A stretch of DNA of 64,000 bases from Candidatus Nomurabacteria bacterium (GTDB lineage: Bacteria; Patescibacteriota; Minisyncoccia; Phycocordibacterales; UBA918), in the NCBI GenBank assembly GCA_020632135.1, contig JACKGC010000001.1, forward strand, positions 308,241 to 372,240. Direction: 5' to 3'. The position numbers were made by a program, and so were the translations under genes. Each line of letters opens with the position of its first letter. The stretch's first letter is position 1. The notes below the pieces were generated by a model that was not told the DNA's origin, did not search any database, and saw only the letters and a list, made by a program, of their open reading frames with translations. Positions 25,742-34,747 of the stretch are shown piece after piece.

Positions 25742-27994
25742 ATGTCACAGCTGAAAAGAAAATTTCCACTACTCCTGACCATACTGCTTTTTGCTGTGCC
25801 ACTACTAACCCTAGCTGAGGGACCCGGCACGTTCGATAACATCCTCTGGAATATCGTCAACTCGGTATTTGGTACTTTAGCTGGTCTCGCCGGCCTACTC
25901 TTGAATTCCGGTATCAATACGTACGTTATCGGATTTGGTGACCAAGTCTTCAATAATGGTATTGATCTGGTGATCAACAACCTCTGGACGGCGGTTCGAG
26001 ACATCTTCAACCTCACCTTCATCTTTGGTTTGGTCTATATCGGTATCAAGATGATCCTGGATAGCGATAACTCCAATACCCGCCGCTGGCTCGTCAGCCT
26101 CATTCTGGCCGCACTCCTAGTAAACTTCAGTCTCTTCATCACTAAGGTAGTAGTTGATTTCACTAACATCCTTGCCAGCCAAATCGCCATTAATGGCTTT
26201 AATACCGCGGCTGATGGAGAAGTACTCGTCTCAGAAACTTTCATGAGGTCACTTGGCATTACCAAGACCTGGGGCGGCATGAGCGGCTTTAGTTCGACCC
26301 AAGATGGAGGTGTATATGCGTACATTTTTGGCTCAATGATCCTCTTCATTATCATGGCCTTTGTGTTCGCCGCTGGTGGTATCTTACTTATCATTAGATA
26401 TGTGGTCTTGATCTTTTACATGATCCTCTCACCTCTCATGTTTCTGGGGTGGGTGTTCCCACAGATGCAAGGCTTTAGCTCGCGCTACTGGCGCAATTTC
26501 CTCAGTCGCGCTTTCGTTGCTCCAGTCTATCTTCTGTTGCTGTACTGCTCTGCTTTTGTGGTCAGTAGTATGTACAACGGCAGGTCGCCGGATTACGCAG
26601 CTGCCCTCAATGCTGATGGTGGTTCAGGTGTACTTAGTAGTTTCGAGAACACCATTCCTACGTTTATTATTGCGAGTGTATTCTTGATCGCATCTATTGT
26701 GATCGCCCAAAAAATGGGTGCTGAAGGCGCTTCCACAGCAGTCAACATCGGTCGAAATCTTACCAACAAAGCGCGTCAGGGTGCCATAAAATACACCGGC
26801 AGGGCAGTGGGTGGTGCCACTGCTGGCGCTGCTGCTGCTGGCATGCGCAGGACTGTGGGTCGCCGAGCATACAACCTTACTCAAGATGCTGGCTTCAAGG
26901 AGCGAGCCGGGAATAGTCTACTTGGTAAAATGGCCTTTAAGGCTGCCCAGAAGACTGCCAGCTCAAGCTTTGATGTACGCCAGGCGGGCGGGCTTGGCAA
27001 GGCCACTGGGCTTGGTACTGGTGCCGCCGGTGGCTATGCAAAAACTGTGAGCACCAAAGCTAAGGAGGCTGACCAGTTTGCTAAAGACATTCACGTTGAT
27101 CAAGATAAAAATAGTCCTGAGTACATCGCGAAGGTGAATGAAAAAGAAAAGGAGTTAAAACAAAATGTTAGGACAGAACAACTTGTCCTAGCTGCTCAAA
27201 AACAAGCTCTCGAAGAAACAACCAATAAAACTTCAACTCAAATTGCTGAGAATATTACTGAGGCCACTAAAGAACTCGCAGAAGCCCAAAAAGCTCTCAA
27301 GGAAGCACAGGCCAACAAACAAAACTTCACTAAAGATGAAATGGCTGGTTTTGAAGCCGATGTTAAGGTGAAAGCTGGTACTGTAACTGGTCTGAAATAC
27401 TCTCAGGATGTTCTGAAGCGAAAAGAAGCAGTTCATAACTCTAAGGCAACAGAGGCTCAAAAGAAGGATCAGCTAGCTGCAATTAATAATGAATTTGTTG
27501 CTACAGGGCAATCATTTGATAATCAAATTGATCAACTTGGAAAGAAGATTGAAGGCAACAAAGCTCGCGCCAGTGCAGCAGCCCAAGTTGAGTACGCCAA
27601 TGAGTTGGCATACATGGATCAACTTAAGAGCACGGAAGATTTCTGGAATCGTGTAGGATCGATCGCCACTGGCGGCTTTATAGGCAACCAGTATGCAACC
27701 GGGGCTGTTGGCCTAGTAGGTGGAGCTGGCACCGCTTATGCGGTAGGGGCAGGTGGAGCTGGCTTGATGATGGGAGCTGGTGCGGTGGAAGCTCAGGCTG
27801 ACCTAGCCCGTCGCCAGCGTGAATCCTTAGAGCGAACATATGGCGCAGATGGTTCGAAAATGGCAAACACGAAGCAGCAACAAGCATACTTTAAGGCTCA
27901 GGCTGAGGCACGACAAGCAGTGCTTAATGAGGGTGCAACACCGAGCCCTGCTGCGCCCGCACCAACCCTAGAATCTAATACTCCAGAATCATGA
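25742..27994 (+). CDS. VirB6/TrbL-like polytopic membrane protein with a long coiled-coil and Gly-rich C-terminal extension
   Basis: Signal peptide plus at least 6 TM segments in the first ~330 aa. About 400 aa of K/E/A/Q-rich coiled coil and G/A-rich sequence follow. The family is assigned from topology and synteny with VirB4. Confidence 0.5.
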   Translation: MSQLKRKFPLLLTILLFAVPLLTLAEGPGTFDNILWNIVNSVFGTLAGLAGLLLNSGINTYVIGFGDQVFNNGIDLVINNLWTAVRDIFNLTFIFGLVYIGIKMILDSDNSNTRRWLVSLILAALLVNFSLFITKVVVDFTNILASQIAINGFNTAADGEVLVSETFMRSLGITKTWGGMSGFSSTQDGGVYAYIFGSMILFIIMAFVFAAGGILLIIRYVVLIFYMILSPLMFLGWVFPQMQGFSSRYWRNFLSRAFVAPVYLLLLYCSAFVVSSMYNGRSPDYAAALNADGGSGVLSSFENTIPTFIIASVFLIASIVIAQKMGAEGASTAVNIGRNLTNKARQGAIKYTGRAVGGATAGAAAAGMRRTVGRRAYNLTQDAGFKERAGNSLLGKMAFKAAQKTASSSFDVRQAGGLGKATGLGTGAAGGYAKTVSTKAKEADQFAKDIHVDQDKNSPEYIAKVNEKEKELKQNVRTEQLVLAAQKQALEETTNKTSTQIAENITEATKELAEAQKALKEAQANKQNFTKDEMAGFEADVKVKAGTVTGLKYSQDVLKRKEAVHNSKATEAQKKDQLAAINNEFVATGQSFDNQIDQLGKKIEGNKARASAAAQVEYANELAYMDQLKSTEDFWNRVGSIATGGFIGNQYATGAVGLVGGAGTAYAVGAGGAGLMMGAGAVEAQADLARRQRESLERTYGADGSKMANTKQQQAYFKAQAEARQAVLNEGATPSPAAPAPTLESNTPES

Positions 27995-28554
27995 TCGAGC
28001 AACAAGACATTAACAACATCATTTCGATCTTTGAGCCTTCCTACGCGGCGTTTGTTACCAGTGACTTCGCTACTCAGACCGCCAAGATCTTAGGTCGGAA
28101 ACACCAATTTTCACCCGAGCAAACCGAAGCACTACAAGACGGTATCACCCTATACTTACTCGCTGTGTATAGTAAAGAGAACCTAACGGCTCACCTTTCT
28201 CAAGCCTGCCAGATGTCGCTTGAGGACGCTACTATGCTCATCGATGCCGTACTTTCGGTGCTGCCACCAAACTTCGAGGATCTCCAGTCACAGACCTACG
28301 AATTTTTACAAACACCACCACAACCAACCCCAGCACCGGCACCAGTTGAGAATCCATCAGTCCCAAAGACCTTAGCAGCCGATATCGCCGAAACCGAGGC
28401 GGCCCTGAAGGCGGTGCCACACATGCGCACCATGGCTAAAGACATCGCCGCTGCGCAAGGCATTGAGCTGGTCCACACAAGTGCCTCACAAGAAGACATC
28501 TTGAAAGGCACTAAGGGAGTCGATGACGGTCCTCGGTGGGGTAGTGTGGAATAA
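27991..28554 (+). CDS. Hypothetical soluble protein (cluster gene 4)
   Basis: ATGA start/stop overlap with gene 3. It has a Pro-rich linker and the motif HMRTMAKDIAAA. Confidence 0.5.
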   Translation: MIEQQDINNIISIFEPSYAAFVTSDFATQTAKILGRKHQFSPEQTEALQDGITLYLLAVYSKENLTAHLSQACQMSLEDATMLIDAVLSVLPPNFEDLQSQTYEFLQTPPQPTPAPAPVENPSVPKTLAADIAETEAALKAVPHMRTMAKDIAAAQGIELVHTSASQEDILKGTKGVDDGPRWGSVE

Positions 28555-28619
28555 TTGCCTGGGGATAGTTGGATAGCTGACCAACATTTTACCAACACCA
28601 CCATGTATAATGGTGGTGT

Positions 28620-29051
28620 ATGCGTTTTGAGGTACCACAGTTCATTGAAGTAGAGGATAAGATCTTTGGGCCATTAACCTGGCGCCAATTTCTCTACCTC
28701 GGCGGTGGTATCGGTATGTCGGTGGTCATGTTCATTACCCTCGGTTTCTTTGCCTTTCTTCTTATTGGGCTTCCAATTGCACTCCTCTCGGGAGCATTAG
28801 CCTTCTATCCGGTGAATGGTCGTTCATTCGATCATTTTCTTGAGTCAGTGATCAACTATACATTTAAACAACGACTCTACCTTTGGAAGCAAAAAGCAGA
28901 CATTGTACATAAAAACGAGACTCCCGAAGAGACCCGTCCAACCCGTCCCTACGTAACACCACCAACCCCGAGCAGGGAACAAGCACCCCAAAACGGCGTT
29001 ACCTCTATGGCGCGCCGCCTGGAATTACAAGCTCTTCAAAAGACCGAATAA
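28620..29051 (+). CDS. PrgI-family (VirB3-like) T4SS membrane protein
   Basis: The N-terminal VPQFIEVEDKIFGPLTWRQFLYLGGG followed by two TM helices is the PrgI-family pattern. It sits directly upstream of the VirB4-like genes. Confidence 0.65.
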   Translation: MRFEVPQFIEVEDKIFGPLTWRQFLYLGGGIGMSVVMFITLGFFAFLLIGLPIALLSGALAFYPVNGRSFDHFLESVINYTFKQRLYLWKQKADIVHKNETPEETRPTRPYVTPPTPSREQAPQNGVTSMARRLELQALQKTE

Positions 29052-29052
29052 C

Positions 29053-29688
29053 ATGGCAAACACCCAAGCAGCAACGCAGGACTTTGTTACGATCCGCGAC
29101 ATCAAAGACAATGTTGTCATTCAAAAGAATGGGCAAATGTGCATGGTACTACTCGCCTCATCGATCAACTTTGCATTGAAATCACTTGATGAGCAAAAAG
29201 CGGTCCTTTTGCAGTTCCAACAATTCCTTAATACACTCGATTTCACTCTGCAGGTGTACGTGCAGTCACGCCGACTCAATATTGAGCCGTATCTTTCACT
29301 CCTCGCTGGCATGGAAGTAAACCAAGACAACGACCTGATGCGCACTCAGTTGCGGGAGTACATCGAATTCATCCGCACTTTCACTGAAGATGTTGACGTG
29401 ATGAGTAAGAGTTTTTTTGTGGTCATTCCGTACACCCCCGCCAAGATCAACCTCACTAAAGGCCTCACCAACCTCTTCACTCCTGGACAAGGCCAGTCTA
29501 ACCTTCCGACTGAGACTGCTTTTGAAGAACACCGGATCCAGCTTGAGCAACGTGTTGGGATGGTTTCGGAAGGCTTGGCCCGGGTGGGTGTACGTACCAT
29601 CACCTTGCAGAAGGATGATTTGGTGGAACTCTTTTACCATTTATACAATCCAGGTGACCCAACCGGTGCAGCGCCACTGCAGCAATAG
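29053..29688 (+). CDS. Hypothetical protein resembling a stand-alone VirB4-type N-terminal domain (cluster gene 6)
   Basis: It has no Walker motifs. The pattern IRDIKDNVVIQKNGQMCMVLLASSINFALKSLDEQ...FQQFLNTL...LQVYVQSRRLNIEPY parallels the N-terminal region of VirB4/PrgJ-type ATPases. It starts 1 nt after the prgI-like stop. Confidence 0.4.
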   Translation: MANTQAATQDFVTIRDIKDNVVIQKNGQMCMVLLASSINFALKSLDEQKAVLLQFQQFLNTLDFTLQVYVQSRRLNIEPYLSLLAGMEVNQDNDLMRTQLREYIEFIRTFTEDVDVMSKSFFVVIPYTPAKINLTKGLTNLFTPGQGQSNLPTETAFEEHRIQLEQRVGMVSEGLARVGVRTITLQKDDLVELFYHLYNPGDPTGAAPLQQ

Positions 29689-29706
29689 GTATAATGTAAT
29701 TTCACT

Positions 29707-31506
29707 ATGGGACTCTTCGACTCACTAAAACCACAACCAACCAATACTGCTGCTGGCCCAAAGCCAAGCGACCAACTACTGACCCTCACCGACGTGATCG
29801 CGCCGTCAGCTGTTAATATCAACCCTCGCAGCATCAATGTGAGCGGTGTCAATGCCAGAGTGTACTACGCTGTCTCGTATCCTCGCTTCCTTAATGACGG
29901 CTGGATCGAACCAGTGCTCAACCTTCCCAAGGAACTCGATGTCTCGATCTTCGTTCACCCGATCGACACAGCTGAAACCCTCAAGAAGTTCCAAAAGAAA
30001 GTAGCTGAGGTACAAAGTCAGATCAACCTAAAGGCTGAGAAAGGGGAAGTGCGTGACCCACAACTTGAGGCAGCCTACCGCAACCTCGAAGAGCTGCGCG
30101 ATAAACTCCAGCAAGCTGAAGAGAAGCTCTTTAACGTTGGATTTTATCTTGCCGTCTACGGTGAAAATGAAAACGATATCACCAAGATCGAAAATGAGAT
30201 CCGGGGCATCCTTGACGCCCGGCTGATCGCCATGAAACCGGCTCTCTTTCAACAAGAGCAAGGTCTGCGGAGTGTACTTCCACTCGCGACCGACGAGCTA
30301 CTCGTCCATAGTAAATTCAACTCAGAGCCACTTTCAAGCTTTTTTCCATTTACCTCATTCGACCTCACTTCAGACACAGGTATCCTCTACGGCATCAACC
30401 GCCACAACTCTTCGCTGGTGCTCTTTGACCGCTACAGTCTCACCAACTACAACTCAGTGACTTTCGCCACCTCTGGGGCAGGTAAGTCATATACTTTAAA
30501 GCTTGAGATTCTTCGTTCGTTGATGTTTGGCACCGAAGTGATCGTCCTCGACCCGGAGCGAGAGTATGAATTCTTAGCTGACGCAACCGGCGGCCGCTTT
30601 TTCAATATTTCACTCTCGTCCAACCACCACGTTAACCCCTTCGACCTGCCGCCACCCGCTGAAGACGAAGACCCGCGTGACGTGCTCCGCACGCACGTGA
30701 TCGAGCTAGTTGGCCTCTTCCGCCTTATGCTTGGTGGTCTCACCGCTGAAGAGGAAACTCTCATCGACCTCGCCATCCAAGAGACCTATGCTCTTAAAGA
30801 CATCACAGGTGACGTAGACTTCGCAGAAATGGAGCCTCCACTCTTGGCCGACTTCGAGATGGTGCTCGCTGGTATGGACGGCAGTGCCTCACTCATTACC
30901 CGCTTGCAGAAGTATACTTCTGGTACCTGGTCTGGCTTCATGAATCAACCAACCAACGTTGATATCAACCAAAAATTCGTGGTGTTCTCTCTTCGTGACA
31001 TGGAAGATGAGCTGAAGACCATTGCGATGTACATCATCACTAACTTCATTTGGGGCTCAATTCGTCGCCGACTCGCTAAGCGCCTGATGGTAATTGACGA
31101 GGCGTGGTGGATGATGAAATCTGAAGACACCGCCTCATTCCTTTTTAGTCTCGCCAAACGTGGTCGTAAGTACTATCTCGGTATTGGTACTATTACCCAG
31201 GACGTGGATGACTTCCTGCGTTCACCATACGGTGTCCCAATGATCACCAACTCTTCCATTCAGCTTCTCATGAAACAATCGCCAACCGCGATCGATAACA
31301 TCCAAAAAACCTTTAACCTTACCGATGAAGAAAAGTTCCTTCTACTGGAATCTAATGTAGGGGAGGGGATCTTCTTCGCTGGCCTCAAACATGTCGCTAT
31401 TAAGATCATCGCTTCCTACACCGAAGACCAGATCATCACCTCAGACCCTTCTCAACTCCTCCAAATAAAACAAGCTCGCCAAGAGCTCCAGGCCTCACGC
31501 GTATAG
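29707..31506 (+). CDS. VirB4/TraC-type type IV secretion ATPase
   Basis: Walker A TSGAGKSYTLK, Walker B RLMVIDEAWWMM, GIGTITQDVDDF, and an N-terminal VirB4-type domain (YYAVSYPRFLNDGWIEPVL). Confidence 0.8.
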   Translation: MGLFDSLKPQPTNTAAGPKPSDQLLTLTDVIAPSAVNINPRSINVSGVNARVYYAVSYPRFLNDGWIEPVLNLPKELDVSIFVHPIDTAETLKKFQKKVAEVQSQINLKAEKGEVRDPQLEAAYRNLEELRDKLQQAEEKLFNVGFYLAVYGENENDITKIENEIRGILDARLIAMKPALFQQEQGLRSVLPLATDELLVHSKFNSEPLSSFFPFTSFDLTSDTGILYGINRHNSSLVLFDRYSLTNYNSVTFATSGAGKSYTLKLEILRSLMFGTEVIVLDPEREYEFLADATGGRFFNISLSSNHHVNPFDLPPPAEDEDPRDVLRTHVIELVGLFRLMLGGLTAEEETLIDLAIQETYALKDITGDVDFAEMEPPLLADFEMVLAGMDGSASLITRLQKYTSGTWSGFMNQPTNVDINQKFVVFSLRDMEDELKTIAMYIITNFIWGSIRRRLAKRLMVIDEAWWMMKSEDTASFLFSLAKRGRKYYLGIGTITQDVDDFLRSPYGVPMITNSSIQLLMKQSPTAIDNIQKTFNLTDEEKFLLLESNVGEGIFFAGLKHVAIKIIASYTEDQIITSDPSQLLQIKQARQELQASRV

Positions 31507-31520
31507 TATACTTTTAGTAT

Positions 31521-32429
31521 ATGGCGGTGACAGCAACCGAAGGACAAACCCCCGAGCGCGGCGCACACCGCGCTCGCTCACGTGTTACTACTGACCAAAC
31601 CAGGCGTATCACCAGCTCTGACCGGTCTGGTTTTGGGAAGCGAAGCGTGACGCGTAATGTGCGCACCTCGTTAATGCCAGGCAATCCAAACAACACGCGT
31701 GATAGTTACCACAAGACCACCAGTGAGGAATTTAATGAAACGTATGCGCAGCAAGGCCTCCAGCCGAGCAACGTAGCAGCAAATACCCCTACTGCACCTG
31801 CCCCACCTGACCAAACTACTCGCCAGGCGTCCGTTGCATATAGTTCCACCCCGGTCGCAGCAGGTGGGGGAAGTATCAAGATCAAACGTCCTGAACGTGC
31901 GTCAGTCGCCTCCAAAACGGCAGCTCGAGCACGCGCTACCGCAGTTAACATTTGGATCTGGGCCTCGGCTGGGTTTATATGGTCAGTGTTTCAGCTACCG
32001 TTTACGATCGCCAGCTTAGTGTTTTTGGGACTCGCGTCATTTATTGACCTCCTCACAGGTATGGCGGAAGGCTCTGCAGAGGATGGGTTTTTTATAGAGA
32101 TCTTAAAAGACATGGTTGGTATTGGACTTGATATAGCGGGAGCTGTGGTTGACGCAATGTACACACTGTTTGAGATCGACCTTAGTATCCTTAATCCGTC
32201 CAATATTTTTGCTGCCTTGTGGGTGTTTTTGATTGGATACGCGTTTATACTTTTGTTGTTGATCTACCTCGGGTACCTCTTTGCGGGTCTCAAACCGCTG
32301 TCAGGAAAAGCGGCGGGTCTTAAAAAGGGAATGCTCATTCTCGCGATCATTGGCTACAGTATCCCGCTTCTCAACCTCTTCCCCTGGTTTATTCCGTGGA
32401 CTATCGCTGTGTGGCGCTACCCAAAGTAG
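31521..32429 (+). CDS. Hypothetical membrane protein with a basic, disordered N-terminus and 4-5 C-terminal TMs (cluster gene 8)
   Basis: The C-terminal half is strongly hydrophobic (VNIWIWASAGFIWSVFQLPFTIASLVFLGLASF.., ALWVFLIGYAFILLLLIYLGYLF..). The start codon is uncertain. Confidence 0.45.
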   Translation: MAVTATEGQTPERGAHRARSRVTTDQTRRITSSDRSGFGKRSVTRNVRTSLMPGNPNNTRDSYHKTTSEEFNETYAQQGLQPSNVAANTPTAPAPPDQTTRQASVAYSSTPVAAGGGSIKIKRPERASVASKTAARARATAVNIWIWASAGFIWSVFQLPFTIASLVFLGLASFIDLLTGMAEGSAEDGFFIEILKDMVGIGLDIAGAVVDAMYTLFEIDLSILNPSNIFAALWVFLIGYAFILLLLIYLGYLFAGLKPLSGKAAGLKKGMLILAIIGYSIPLLNLFPWFIPWTIAVWRYPK

Positions 32430-32565
32430 GGGAAAGTGACACTCACTCCTTATTCACACGTAATCTACAGTTTTTCAACACTGTTTCGTGAATGTTGTGC
32501 ACGAATTTCACACATTGGTGGGGTTTTCTCCGATGTCTTGGTCTTGGTCTGGTATTATTAGCAGT

Positions 32566-33537
32566 ATGAGGATTTTAACTATTGCACTGGTTTTATGTTT
32601 TGGATTTTCAGCCCATTTTGCCACGGCTCAATTCGACCAATTCACCAGCTCATTCACCAACACTGAAGTGGGTATTCACTTAATGCCACCACTGCCACAA
32701 CCAGGCCAGAGTGTGACTGCCACTTTGAGTGACTACCGTAGTGGTAGTGTTGGCTCGTCAATCGAATGGTCACTCAATGGCGAGGTGCTTGAAACTTCCC
32801 AGAACCAACGCGAGATCACCTTCACCGCTGGAGCAGATGGTCAAAGCCAACTCCTTGAGGTATTAGCAACAAACAACACTGGTGCTACTGAGTTATTTCA
32901 GAAAGTGATCACCCCACACTATCTCGACATCATCATCGAGCCACAAACCCGTGTCCCTGACTTCTACCACGGCCGTTCACTCCCCAGTATTGGGAGTCTT
33001 GTAAATGCTACAGCTTTGGTAAGTGGTGAGTACCTCAACGCGCCAGACCTAGTATATACCTGGCGGGTGGGGCAGGAGGTGATTGAGGGCGGTCCGGTGA
33101 GTGGTCGCAACAAAGTAACTTTCACCACTCCACGCGGAAAGAATTTTACCCTTTCACTCCAGGTAGCCAAACGAGACGGGACCATTATCGCCAATCGTTC
33201 GCTTGCAGTGCCCTCAGTAGCACCAGAGCTGGTCTTTTATGAGGTTAACACCCTTCATGGTATGAGTAAGGTTGCCATCAATAACTCATTGGCGCTTATC
33301 GGTAACAGCGTCGCGGTACGGGCTGAGCCATACTATCTAGATTCCCGTATCTACAACAACCCAATGGTAGCGCAGTGGAAGGTAGCTGGTGTAACCACCG
33401 AAACAGCCAACAACCCATACGAAGCTACTATTGAACGTACTGGCGCTAGTGGTAGCCGCACCTCACTCCAGTTCCATGTCCGCGATACCAAACAAGTATT
33501 ACAAGGTGCACAAGGCACGATCCAGGTAAGTTTCTAA
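32566..33537 (+). CDS. Secreted protein with about three tandem beta-sandwich-like repeats (cluster gene 9)
   Basis: Signal peptide MRILTIALVLCFGFSAHFATAQ, then three segments of ~100 aa with a recurring pattern (Y.W.V/L.G...; ..F....G....L.L.V). Start at the internal ATG 32566. Confidence 0.5.
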   Translation: MRILTIALVLCFGFSAHFATAQFDQFTSSFTNTEVGIHLMPPLPQPGQSVTATLSDYRSGSVGSSIEWSLNGEVLETSQNQREITFTAGADGQSQLLEVLATNNTGATELFQKVITPHYLDIIIEPQTRVPDFYHGRSLPSIGSLVNATALVSGEYLNAPDLVYTWRVGQEVIEGGPVSGRNKVTFTTPRGKNFTLSLQVAKRDGTIIANRSLAVPSVAPELVFYEVNTLHGMSKVAINNSLALIGNSVAVRAEPYYLDSRIYNNPMVAQWKVAGVTTETANNPYEATIERTGASGSRTSLQFHVRDTKQVLQGAQGTIQVSF

Positions 33538-33544
33538 GTATTGT

Positions 33545-34741
33545 ATGAACCGCACACTCTTCATAATCATTGGCGCCGTCCTTATTGTGGTCTTAGTTGC
33601 GGTGTGGGTCTACGTGTTGTTTTTCAGCAACAGCCCGACTAGCAACACTCCTGAATTTGCCGATCTTGATATGGGTGTAAATACTGATACTGTTGTCATT
33701 CCTGAGCCCACCATCACCACCGAGCCAACAGTGGATGTTACTGGTCCTGAGCAAATCCGCCAACTCACCACCAAGAAGGTAGTGGGATATCAAGAGGTGC
33801 GTTTCTCAACCACTTCAGCTCCGCTCGCATACTACGTGGAGTCAGGCACCGGCCACCTCTACTCGATCGACCTAAGGAGTGGGGCGGAGAAGAAGATCTC
33901 AGGCACCACCATCCCCAATACCCGCCATGCTGCTATCACTCCAAATGGTGCCTACGTAATGCTACAGTCTGGTAGCGGGCGTAGCGCTGAGTTCATTGTG
34001 GGGCAGATAAGCACCACTAGCCCGAGCCTGACCACCGGCACTATCGCAGAGGACATATCAGACTTTACCGCCGCCGCCGACAACACCTTCCTCTACGCAG
34101 TGCAAACCAATAGCGGCACTATCGCCAAGCGCTACTACCCGATCAGTGACACCAGTGAGACCCTCTTTACTGTGCCGTTCCGAGAAGCCATCATTGACTG
34201 GGGCCTCGCAGCAACCGATACACACTACGTATACCCGAAAGCAAACAGCCAACTTGAAGGATATCTCTACGCAGTTGAGAATGGGGAACTGCGCCGTTTG
34301 CCAGCGAGTGGATATGGATTGACTGCGAAAGGTACTGATACTGGTGTACTCTTTACCACCCTAACGAGCACCAACTACCAGAGTTATATTCATAACGTAC
34401 CCTCAAGCACAGTAAGTACTGCTGCTTTGTTTATACTCCCTGAGAAGTGTGTTAGCTCAGTACAATTAACAGACCTCCTTATCTGCGGCGGTAATCTACT
34501 AAGTGACACTTCGCGCCAAAGTCTTGATCAGTGGTATAAGGGTGTAACCACATACGAGGATGGCCTTTGGGAGATAGACACCATCACCGGAACTGCTTCA
34601 TACCTCATGGACATCACTAGTGCCACTGGCCGCAATGTTGATATACACTCTCTTCTGACCGGCTACGAAGACCGCTATCTCTACTTTATTAACAAAGCCG
34701 ATAGTTCACTTTGGTTGTTTGACCGTAACCCTACTAATTAA
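33545..34741 (+). CDS. Membrane-anchored protein, possibly TolB-type beta-propeller-like (cluster gene 10)
   Basis: N-terminal TM (LFIIIGAVLIVVLVAVWVYVLFF). It has PD40-like segments (GHLYSIDLRSGAEKKIS...ITPNGAYVMLQSGSG). Confidence 0.45.
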   Translation: MNRTLFIIIGAVLIVVLVAVWVYVLFFSNSPTSNTPEFADLDMGVNTDTVVIPEPTITTEPTVDVTGPEQIRQLTTKKVVGYQEVRFSTTSAPLAYYVESGTGHLYSIDLRSGAEKKISGTTIPNTRHAAITPNGAYVMLQSGSGRSAEFIVGQISTTSPSLTTGTIAEDISDFTAAADNTFLYAVQTNSGTIAKRYYPISDTSETLFTVPFREAIIDWGLAATDTHYVYPKANSQLEGYLYAVENGELRRLPASGYGLTAKGTDTGVLFTTLTSTNYQSYIHNVPSSTVSTAALFILPEKCVSSVQLTDLLICGGNLLSDTSRQSLDQWYKGVTTYEDGLWEIDTITGTASYLMDITSATGRNVDIHSLLTGYEDRYLYFINKADSSLWLFDRNPTN

Positions 34742-34747
34742 TCCAGT

